Part shown: one piece after another, positions 17,129 to 25,525 of the stretch
How the letters are laid out: every line of letters begins with the position of its first letter
Position numbering within the stretch: position 1 is the stretch's first letter
DNA from: a virus
Lineage: Duplodnaviria > Caudoviricetes
DNA: 32,299 nucleotides
Virus record (IMG/VR): IMGVR_UViG_3300019459_000030
Coordinates: 1 to 32,299 of that record
Direction: 5' to 3' (one strand)
Notes under the pieces: generated by a model
Database searches by the model: none
What the model saw: the letters and a program-made list of their open reading frames with translations, nothing else
Told to the model about the DNA's origin: nothing
Made by a program: the position numbers and the translations under genes

Positions 17129-17170
17129 CTCCTTTATAATGTACGCATATATTTATTGGTACATTAAGAG
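17129..17170 (-). promoter_or_regulatory. late promoter-like TAAATA (17155-17150) in the loop of an inverted repeat whose extension pairs with the SD
   Basis: 8-bp IR TAATGTAC/GTACATTA (17137-17144, 17159-17166); minus-strand CTCT (17170-17167) can pair with GGAG (17132-17129). Confidence 0.55.
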
Positions 17171-17199
17171 CCTAAGTGCTATTTGTGGTAGTGGATTTT

Positions 17200-18243
17200 T
17201 TAACTAACTTCTACAACTTGACCAATGTTTACAATAGGTGTAGCAATATCAAATGACCCTGCTCCGCCTGGCTGTAAAGTACCAGTTGCTTCAGTTGTTT
17301 GTACAGTAACCGTGATTTGTCCGTCTACAACGTCAGGACCAAAACCGCCATCACCTGGGTTTGATGGACCTACTGCTGGTGGACCACCTTGTTCCTCGTG
17401 ATCATCTATGAATTCAACACGGAACTCAATCGTGTCTGCGCCTGTAAGATGTGGGTTTGCTTGGTTAGGTGTTCTTGCAAATATTCTATATCTATTTAGA
17501 CTATATGGACTGCTACCTACTACGTCAACATATGGTTGTTGAAAAGTACTTGTACACTTGTAAAAGTTTCCGCCTGTAAATGTAGGTCCTGATCCTGTGG
17601 CAGGATGATTGCCACTAAATTTTTGTGTACCTGCACTATTCAGTATACTTGTCCAACTTGTGTTTTGATTTGTTACTGATCCGCCTGTACGTGTTGAAGT
17701 AATATCAATGCTACTACCGCTGTTAAAGAAATGTCTTGAATCATCTAAACTACTAAACAAAACAAATACACTACAAATTACTGAATCGCTCCAGTTATCT
17801 CCATATGTTGCATTTGGCCAAGTAAGTGATGATGAGCCGTGGTTAACAGTTCTTCTCTGTCCTGCTACTGCTAAATTTCTTGCATTTGAGTAAATGCTGT
17901 TTACAAATGCACCCCATTTATCAACTGGCATTGAAGGGCCGCCTGATGCAGGTGCTTGATATCTAATTTTTTTACGCTCTGTAACTTCAAGCATATTGAC
18001 TTCATTCGAACCACTTGGAAGAGCATTGTTTAAATGATTCCAGGCATTCCAAATATCATATCTTAGATTGCTGTATTGTTCTACAGTAACTTTATTACTT
18101 GTGCTTACTTGCGAACTTAAGACAGGTTGTCCATAACCAAGATATCCAAAACCATCAGTGATACCATCACCCAAGACACGCTGTATCTTAAGTTGCATAT
18201 CATTATAATAATCCGGATCTATTAAGTCGTGTGTTGCTGGCAT
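17200..18243 (-). CDS. putative virion structural protein (paralog of 18264..19190)
   Basis: Gly/Ser/Thr-rich; shares GYGQ, F...DD.R.F.NSGS.I, QN..W..IL, PY..NRY and E.IDD with its neighbour. TAAATA at 18266-18261 upstream. Confidence 0.7.
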   Translation of the reverse strand: MPATHDLIDPDYYNDMQLKIQRVLGDGITDGFGYLGYGQPVLSSQVSTSNKVTVEQYSNLRYDIWNAWNHLNNALPSGSNEVNMLEVTERKKIRYQAPASGGPSMPVDKWGAFVNSIYSNARNLAVAGQRRTVNHGSSSLTWPNATYGDNWSDSVICSVFVLFSSLDDSRHFFNSGSSIDITSTRTGGSVTNQNTSWTSILNSAGTQKFSGNHPATGSGPTFTGGNFYKCTSTFQQPYVDVVGSSPYSLNRYRIFARTPNQANPHLTGADTIEFRVEFIDDHEEQGGPPAVGPSNPGDGGFGPDVVDGQITVTVQTTEATGTLQPGGAGSFDIATPIVNIGQVVEVS

Positions 18244-18263
18244 TCATTTACCTCTTACACTAT

Positions 18264-19190
18264 TTAAGTCGCTGTAATGTTCGACATATTAAAAGTTGGC
18301 GTAGGTAAAATCCAAGGATCACCATCAGGTTGTAATACACCACTTACTTTAACGTGTTGACATTCTACTTCAACTCCAAATACTTCGTCATCTGGTAGTG
18401 GTCCTGGTTGTGGATCATCAGTATAATCATCAATTAATTCTATTTTAAGTGTAAACACATTTGCTACACCTGTTAAGTTTGATGGTTGATTACATTTTGC
18501 TGATAATTTGTATCTGTTTGCAGCATATGGTGCTGATGAAGTGTACTCATAAAAAGTTTGATATGCGTTTGTTAAATCATATACATTAATTGGTACGCCG
18601 CCACCTGGACCTGTAGTCTGTGCATTTGCACCAAATTCAATATTTTCTGAAGCATCAAGTATTGTGTTCCAGTCATTGTTTTGTTGTGTTGAAGGATAAC
18701 CTGCTCTCAAGTTTGTATCTATTCTTATTCTGCTACCTGAGTTCCAAAAGAATCTAGCATCATCAGCAGTTGTAAACGTCATTTCTAATTCTGTAAATGC
18801 TAAACCACTCCACGTGTTACAAGTTTTTGTATCAATGCTTACTACTGATTGGTTCTTTTGCGAAACAACAAATCGATCTGATCTTGCTGCTTGTATTAAA
18901 TTCGTATAACTTTGAAAAGGTTCAGATGCTGTAGCAAGGATAGGATTAGTAACTTGTGCAAATACTGGACTAGGTAAAACACCTGTCTGATGTATAAGCA
19001 CACTCATTAAGTCGAATCTTAACTTATCAAACTCTTGCTTTTCAATTCTTTGACCTGCGGTAACAGTTCCGCTTACAATTGCTTGTCCGTATCCATATTG
19101 GCCTGCACCAGTTCCTAATGTAGTAGTGATTAGAGAACTTAGATCGTTAAAATCAGTTGCAAGTATTTGGTTTCCGGATGATACTGGCAT
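18264..19190 (-). CDS. putative virion structural protein (paralog of 17200..18243)
   Basis: Same shared motifs; lies within the tail/baseplate module. Confidence 0.7.
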   Translation of the reverse strand: MPVSSGNQILATDFNDLSSLITTTLGTGAGQYGYGQAIVSGTVTAGQRIEKQEFDKLRFDLMSVLIHQTGVLPSPVFAQVTNPILATASEPFQSYTNLIQAARSDRFVVSQKNQSVVSIDTKTCNTWSGLAFTELEMTFTTADDARFFWNSGSRIRIDTNLRAGYPSTQQNNDWNTILDASENIEFGANAQTTGPGGGVPINVYDLTNAYQTFYEYTSSAPYAANRYKLSAKCNQPSNLTGVANVFTLKIELIDDYTDDPQPGPLPDDEVFGVEVECQHVKVSGVLQPDGDPWILPTPTFNMSNITAT

Positions 19191-20971
19191 TAAAGAACCA
19201 CCGCTTCAATATAATCAACACCATCTGTAGATGCTTCAAGTGCTATTGCAAATACGTCAGCATTTGCTTCTGCTGATACTTTAGCAGTGCCGTCTGCCGC
19301 AGCAACTAGTCTGTCGCCTTTGCTAACGCTGCCTGAAATTTTAACTGGTACTCTACCTTTCAGTGCAATAAATTGTCCGCCTTCTAAGATGGTATTCATC
19401 ATAAAAGCGGGGCTTTCAGATATAACACCTAATGCTCTATTACCTTCTTGGCATTTTGTAACTTCGGCTGTGCCGCCTACTGCTACTACAGTGCCAACTT
19501 CGTATTCTGCATCTGTTAAATATTTTTCTGCTAAGTCAGCATAACGTGCTGCTGTTGCAGTTCCTTGGAATAAGTTTGCAAGTATGTTTCCTGAACCATC
19601 TCTAGCAGTAATTGTATTTGCTGTTGCAGTAGTTTTTGCTGTTTTGTAGTTAGGATCACTATCAGTTGCACTATCATCAATTTTAATTCTGTCTGCTTTT
19701 TCAGCAGTACCACGGAAAGTGTTTGCGTAAATATCACCACTTGCATCTCTTACAGGAATACTTGTTCCTGCACCTGGAATACTTGTAGAAGGTTGAATAC
19801 TGTTTAATGCACTTGCATTTGTAGCAGTACCTGTAAGTGAACCTTGTACGTTACCTACTAGTGTACCTAAAATGTTAGCGCCTGCATAACCAATTTGTTT
19901 TGTAGCACCATTAATTAAAATAGCGTTACTTCCGTCTGTACTAATTACGCTACCATTAACGTTACCTGTAACGTTACCAGTTACATTACCAGTTAAGTTA
20001 CCGAATGTATCAACAATATATGCTTCTTTCCATTTGTTAGATGCTCTACCTAAGTCATATACATTATCATCACCTGGGTATATTCCATCAACGTTAATAT
20101 TTGCTACTTCTCTATTTGTTAAACCATCTTCAACAATTCTAAAGTTAATTGGGTTACCTAACTGTGATACAACTCTAATCTGGTTTTCGTTTTCAATGAA
20201 TACCTTAAGATCACTTTGATCACCAATCTTAATACCGTCATCTAAGAAACTAATTAAATTTTCAAAAGTAACATTGTCGCCTCTTAAAAATTCTGATGCT
20301 TGTATAAACGAACCATCAATAACTAAACCTAAAGCAGAACTACTTGTTCCCCAATAATAATGATCGCTTGATGTAATTCCTGTTGAATTAGTGTTTACAA
20401 GTGTCAAGCCTTTCTTTACTAAAGTAAATCCATCAATTGGATTTACAGAAGTATTAAGTGTAAATTCTGTTTGCGATACAATCGCCATTACTTTACCGCC
20501 AGCAGTAATTCTTAAAATGCTGTGGTTAGTATTACCTGTGTCTTTAACTACCTGTGCTACAACACCACTTGTTCCTAAGTCTGGTGATGCTTCAGGTCCT
20601 ACTAGAATAAATTCCGATCCTGACCAAGCGTATAACTGTTTAGCGGATGAATCCCACCAAAAATCACCTGTTGCAAGTCCAGAAGGTGCAGTTGCACTTA
20701 CTTCAGCGCCGCCTGCTGCTTTCCATTTACCGCCATCGTAAAACTTTAATTTTGCGTTAGCACTATCAAACCATAATTGACCTTTAATTGCTTTAGGTGG
20801 TTGTGTAGTATTTGCAAAGTTTTCAAGTAAATGTAGGAAGTTTTCGTTCTGAACTTCACCATAGCCAGCATAGTTTTTACCTACAAATCGTAAATCTGTA
20901 GTTGTGTCAATTGTACCGTCTTCTACGGAAGTTAAAAACTGTCCATTAAATTTGTCTACTTGATAAGCCAT
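19190..20971 (-). CDS. tail fibre-like protein with C-terminal intramolecular chaperone (peptidase G2-like) domain
   Basis: Shared anchor GKNYAGYGEVQNENFLHLLENFA...GQLWFD; GNVT repeats; C-terminal ARYADLAEKY...GVISESP...IALKGRVPVK. TAAATA at 21000-20995. Confidence 0.75.
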   Translation of the reverse strand: MAYQVDKFNGQFLTSVEDGTIDTTTDLRFVGKNYAGYGEVQNENFLHLLENFANTTQPPKAIKGQLWFDSANAKLKFYDGGKWKAAGGAEVSATAPSGLATGDFWWDSSAKQLYAWSGSEFILVGPEASPDLGTSGVVAQVVKDTGNTNHSILRITAGGKVMAIVSQTEFTLNTSVNPIDGFTLVKKGLTLVNTNSTGITSSDHYYWGTSSSALGLVIDGSFIQASEFLRGDNVTFENLISFLDDGIKIGDQSDLKVFIENENQIRVVSQLGNPINFRIVEDGLTNREVANINVDGIYPGDDNVYDLGRASNKWKEAYIVDTFGNLTGNVTGNVTGNVNGSVISTDGSNAILINGATKQIGYAGANILGTLVGNVQGSLTGTATNASALNSIQPSTSIPGAGTSIPVRDASGDIYANTFRGTAEKADRIKIDDSATDSDPNYKTAKTTATANTITARDGSGNILANLFQGTATAARYADLAEKYLTDAEYEVGTVVAVGGTAEVTKCQEGNRALGVISESPAFMMNTILEGGQFIALKGRVPVKISGSVSKGDRLVAAADGTAKVSAEANADVFAIALEASTDGVDYIEAVVL

Positions 20972-20997
20972 ATTGTTTTCCTAGTTTACTACTGTAT

Positions 20998-21360
20998 TTA
21001 TTCAATTATTCTATCTGACGCATCTTGGCGCTGTTGCTCTAGAGCAGTATATTCTTCAGCAGTAAGCGTAGTTGTCAGTCCTAAATGCTGCTCTCTAATG
21101 TGTCTTAATACCTTCCAATCAGTGTTATTTAAAAATTCACGCTCTAAACCATTTGCTTCTGCTTGTGCTTCTTCTGCTTGTGCTTCTGCAGATACAGGAG
21201 TAATACTGTCATTACTAGTATTAAAAACGTGTGTTCCTGCACGTAGTTGGTCGTATTGTGCGTCTGTAATTGTAACAACACGTACTGTTGTAGGAGCATT
21301 TGGCTCGTAATCTAGTAACGCTGTTACGTTATTATTTTCTATACATACATATCCTGCCAT
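20998..21360 (-). CDS. tail fibre assembly chaperone-like protein
   Basis: C-terminal REFLNNTDWKVLRH...LEQQRQ resembles the Tfa/TAP R..LL..TDW motif; directly follows a fibre gene. ATG 21360 after SD GGAG. Confidence 0.6.
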   Translation of the reverse strand: MAGYVCIENNNVTALLDYEPNAPTTVRVVTITDAQYDQLRAGTHVFNTSNDSITPVSAEAQAEEAQAEANGLEREFLNNTDWKVLRHIREQHLGLTTTLTAEEYTALEQQRQDASDRIIE

Positions 21361-21362
21361 AA

Positions 21363-23621
21363 TTAACTCCAAACTGCCAAATAGTTGCCTTTAGGTTTAG
21401 CACGTTGCTCAGTACCTTGTACCCAAACACGGATTCTATCTGATCTAATATCCCATTCACAGCGTATGCTGTCATTTCCGTCAACTCCTCCTGCATAATG
21501 AATCTTACCAATACTTGCAATAAATGCTGTAAGGTTACTCATTGTCTTTCCGCTAGGCGGATAAACATCAAAGAAGTTGTGACTGTTGTTAAAACTGCCT
21601 ACTTGATTTGTATAACTTCCTACTGTCTGTTGGTCTTTGTAAACAAATGTATAACTTTGTGCTACATTGTCAACATAACGTTTTGTTGCAGCGTGTAAGT
21701 TTGCTGTAGGGTCAGCGTGTAGTGATAAAAAGCCTGACATTGTGTCACCTGCTCTATCAACTGAATTAGGATCTTCTGCTGTAATAGTAATATTACCTGT
21801 GTTGTCAAACACTGTGCCATTAATTGTTCTGCTGCCTGATAATGCCGCAGCAGTTGATGCTGTACTTGCATTACCATTTAATGAAGCAGTAATTGTTCCT
21901 GCACTAAAATTACCACTAGCGTCTCTTGCAACAACTTTGTTTGCTGTGTTTGCAGTGTCTGCATCAACATCAAGTGTAACAGCATATGCACCTGGATATT
22001 CTGTTCTGCCATTGCCGTCTAAGTAGTTACCAAATGTTAATGGTTGGAAACTTGGTGAACCCCAATAAGGAGCACCTGTTCCGTTTGAAATAATTGTTTG
22101 GCCAGGTACACCTGCTGCTGTAACCACAGTTGTGCCTGCACCACTTTGATAAACAATACCGCCTGCTGTGCCACCTGCAATGTTGTCTGCTGTTACAGAT
22201 GCAGTAGCATTAGTTGCTGTACCTGTTAAATTTCCTGTAAATGTTTCTGCATAAGCATTTTTGAAACGTCTAGTAGACTTACCTAAGTCACCGTCTAAGT
22301 CAGTAATAGGAACAAGTCCACCTAAAGGACCCATACCGTCTGTAACTGCTGTATCGTTACTAATAAGTTTTAAACTAAAATTATCGCCTGGATCTTGAAC
22401 TTGTAAAGTAAGTTCTGCTGTTGCTGTAATAATAGGATCTGTAGTTGCATTAATTGCAATTTTATTATTAATTTCAATTTTACTTGCAACATCTAAATCA
22501 ACTAGTGTTCCTACTGTTTCTAAATTACTACTTACAACACTATTTGCAATTGCAGTGCCTGTAAGTGTAAATGCATCTGCTGGCACTGTAATGTCTGCTG
22601 TACCATCAAATGCAACACCATTTATATCACGTGGTGTTACTAATCTTGTTGTTGTAGATGAATTACCAGTAAGTTGCGCACCAATAAATTGATTTGCTGT
22701 TACTGTGTCAAATGCACTAGTACCTGATACTGCTGTTACATTTCCTGTTACATCACCAACTAAGTTTGCTGTAATTGTTCCAGCAGCAAAATCTCCGCCA
22801 CTATCTCTAACAACAATTTTACCTATAGTATTAGATGATGTTGCGTCAACTGTCCAGGTTGTAGGATTGCTACCGTCAAAGTTACTTCCTACAATATAAG
22901 GTCCTGATACTAGAGCATTAGTAGTTGTTGACGTAATAGTAATATCTGAACTACCATCAAACCCTGTACCATTAATTAATCTAATATTTGATAATCTATC
23001 TGCTGTTGTTGCATTACCAATTAAATCGCCTGCAAAATTATTATTGCTGTTTATATTATATCCTGCTCTAATATTAGTAAATCCAACAATAGGATTATCG
23101 GATCTAATAGTAAATGTGTTACTTGCAATAATTCCAATAATTAAATCATTTACAAAAACTTTTATAATAGGATATTCAACGTCATTAGTTGCAAATACTG
23201 AATCTGAAACTGCTTCAGTTCTTCCAAAGCCTTCTGCAACTTGCGGACCAATTAACTGCCATTCAGTTCCTGTCCATACGTGTAATGTTTTATATGGAGT
23301 CTTAAACCATAATGCACCTAGTGGTGAATTAAGTGGAGCATCATCTGATACAGCAGCAGTGCCTGCTTCTACCCATCTAGTACCGTCATAAATTTTTGCT
23401 TGATTAGTTGTTGTATCAAACCAAATTTGTCCTTTGATAGGAGTTCTAGGTGCGGCATTGTTTGCAAAGTTTTCTAATAGGAATAAAAAGTTTTCATTTT
23501 GTATTTCACCGTAACCGATATAATTTTTACCAACAAGAGTAATACTTGTTGAAGTATCTACAGTTGCGTCTTGTAATACTGCTAACTCTGTTCCATCACT
23601 TTTATTAATTGTATATGCCAT
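21363..23621 (-). CDS. tail fibre protein with internal repeats
   Basis: Shared N-terminal anchor; three R.ING..FD...DITI repeats; two RD..G.F.AGTITA.L.G repeats; HAATKRYVD; distinct C-terminal tip domain. Confidence 0.8.
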   Translation of the reverse strand: MAYTINKSDGTELAVLQDATVDTSTSITLVGKNYIGYGEIQNENFLFLLENFANNAAPRTPIKGQIWFDTTTNQAKIYDGTRWVEAGTAAVSDDAPLNSPLGALWFKTPYKTLHVWTGTEWQLIGPQVAEGFGRTEAVSDSVFATNDVEYPIIKVFVNDLIIGIIASNTFTIRSDNPIVGFTNIRAGYNINSNNNFAGDLIGNATTADRLSNIRLINGTGFDGSSDITITSTTTNALVSGPYIVGSNFDGSNPTTWTVDATSSNTIGKIVVRDSGGDFAAGTITANLVGDVTGNVTAVSGTSAFDTVTANQFIGAQLTGNSSTTTRLVTPRDINGVAFDGTADITVPADAFTLTGTAIANSVVSSNLETVGTLVDLDVASKIEINNKIAINATTDPIITATAELTLQVQDPGDNFSLKLISNDTAVTDGMGPLGGLVPITDLDGDLGKSTRRFKNAYAETFTGNLTGTATNATASVTADNIAGGTAGGIVYQSGAGTTVVTAAGVPGQTIISNGTGAPYWGSPSFQPLTFGNYLDGNGRTEYPGAYAVTLDVDADTANTANKVVARDASGNFSAGTITASLNGNASTASTAAALSGSRTINGTVFDNTGNITITAEDPNSVDRAGDTMSGFLSLHADPTANLHAATKRYVDNVAQSYTFVYKDQQTVGSYTNQVGSFNNSHNFFDVYPPSGKTMSNLTAFIASIGKIHYAGGVDGNDSIRCEWDIRSDRIRVWVQGTEQRAKPKGNYLAVWS

Positions 23622-23639
23622 CTATCGCTCCTAATCTCC

Positions 23640-25511
23640 TTATGGTAATACCGTATCTGATACGTGTGTCCAAACACCCGCAAGTAATTGGAAAACTTTA
23701 ATAATTCTTGTAGTTGTTACACTTGGAGCATCAACTGTCGCTGCGGATACAGAAACGTTAGTAACTGCATCTGCTGTACCTGACGGAGTATTAAATGTTG
23801 CTGTTGATTGGTTTACCAACGGATTAATATCTAAACTTGTTGTTGAGTTACTCAACAACGTACAAAGAATTCTTGCATTAGTACCATCTCTATATTCACT
23901 TGGCGGTGCTAAGTTTGCAAGAACATTTGTTGCAATATAACTATTTGGTTTACCATCTGACAAGTCCATACTAAAATGAATTGTTCTTGTTTCAACAGTA
24001 TTATCTACATATTCTTTTGTAGAGGCATCCTGTGCAATTGTAGGATCACTTAATCCAGTAATTTTAGGAGCGCCAACTAGTGCAACATTTCCTCCAGTAT
24101 GTGGTTCCAATTCAAGATCTAGTGCACCTGATAGTGTACTAATTCTTGTGTTTTCAATTTTCAATTGTGCTGTTGGAGGCACACCAGGTCCAACATTGAT
24201 AACATTTTGTGTACCAAAGGCTGTAACACCTGGAATACTTGTAATACCAGCACCTAAACTATTTCCTGATAATACAGGAATACCGTCAATCATAAACACC
24301 TTGCCTGTTGCAAGGTTAAAGTTTTCTGAACTTGTCCACGACTGAGCAGCAAGTGCAGGATACTCTGCTGTACCACCTAGTCCTAAGTCTGACCACATCA
24401 ACACGTGATCTGTTGTTCCTTTAAGAACAATACCGCCACCGTCTGCAATAGCATCTGTGTTACTTGAACTATCACCTGTTTGTGCTAGTACAATATATTT
24501 GTCTTCAATTTCTAATTCTGTTTCTCTAATTACAGCAATGTCACCATCATTAATTGTAAGTCTACCTTTAATAGTTAGGTCGCCACCAATTGCTGCGCTA
24601 CCATCAATTTCTACTGTACTTGTAGGTTGATTTTCGTACAACTTGATTGTTCTAGTTGCTGGATTAATTGATATTGCTTCTTCCTGTGTAGTAGCATCTG
24701 ATCTAACGTCAAATATAATTTGTTTACCAGTAGCCTGGTTTGACATACGAACATTACCATTACTAACCTGGATAACACCTTGTCCACCAGCACCAAACTG
24801 TAAACCTAAATCACTTTCAATTTGTAAAGCATTCTGTAAACTGTTTGCTGTATCTGTTCTAACATACAAACTAGCATCAACGTTGTTTAGTTTTTCTGAG
24901 TTTGTTGTTGTAACGTCAAATTTAATACCTGCAAGTGTTCCTGCATTAAAGCCTGGAATGATACTTCCTTCATAACCTTCAATATTATTTTTAGGTGTAA
25001 ATGTATCTTTTGAAAATATTCCTAATAGCACACCGTTATTATACAAACTTGTAATAACACGAGTTTGGTTTAATGTATCAAGTATGCTTGTAACACGTAT
25101 GCCGGATACACCTTGACTATCTGAATAATCTGGTCCTAATAAAATAGTGTCAGTGCCGTCATAAAAATATAACTGCTTGTCACTGTCATTAAACCACAAG
25201 TCGCCAACACCGAGTGTTTCAGGTTGTATACCTGCAATAGTTGCTGAACTTACAGGAACAAATGCTGTTCCTGAATAAACTTTTAATTTTGCTTCTGATG
25301 CATCATACCAAATCTGTCCTCTTACAGGCTGTGTTGGTTGTGTAATACTTGAGAAGTTCTCAAGTAATTTAATAAAGTTTTCGTTAAGTGATTCACCAAA
25401 CCCACTATAGTTTTTACCAATAAGAGTTATATCAGTTGATATAGTGTCAATCTGACCATCGGCAACAGTTGCTACAATCGATCCGTCTGTTTTATTAATT
25501 TGATATGCCAT
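23640..25511 (-). CDS. tail fibre / baseplate-attached fibre-like protein
   Basis: Shared N-terminal anchor GKNYSGFGESLNENFIKLLENF; ADGGGIVLKG and DPTIAQDASTKEYVD fibre-type motifs. Confidence 0.7.
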   Translation of the reverse strand: MAYQINKTDGSIVATVADGQIDTISTDITLIGKNYSGFGESLNENFIKLLENFSSITQPTQPVRGQIWYDASEAKLKVYSGTAFVPVSSATIAGIQPETLGVGDLWFNDSDKQLYFYDGTDTILLGPDYSDSQGVSGIRVTSILDTLNQTRVITSLYNNGVLLGIFSKDTFTPKNNIEGYEGSIIPGFNAGTLAGIKFDVTTTNSEKLNNVDASLYVRTDTANSLQNALQIESDLGLQFGAGGQGVIQVSNGNVRMSNQATGKQIIFDVRSDATTQEEAISINPATRTIKLYENQPTSTVEIDGSAAIGGDLTIKGRLTINDGDIAVIRETELEIEDKYIVLAQTGDSSSNTDAIADGGGIVLKGTTDHVLMWSDLGLGGTAEYPALAAQSWTSSENFNLATGKVFMIDGIPVLSGNSLGAGITSIPGVTAFGTQNVINVGPGVPPTAQLKIENTRISTLSGALDLELEPHTGGNVALVGAPKITGLSDPTIAQDASTKEYVDNTVETRTIHFSMDLSDGKPNSYIATNVLANLAPPSEYRDGTNARILCTLLSNSTTSLDINPLVNQSTATFNTPSGTADAVTNVSVSAATVDAPSVTTTRIIKVFQLLAGVWTHVSDTVLP

Positions 25512-25525
25512 CTAGTCTCTCTACC

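Noticed and set aside
19950-20005. Short near-tandem 12-nt repeats (gttaccagttac...) resembling a repeat array
   Set aside because: They encode GNLT-GNVT-GNVT-GNVN fibre repeats with synonymous variation and no spacers; not CRISPR.
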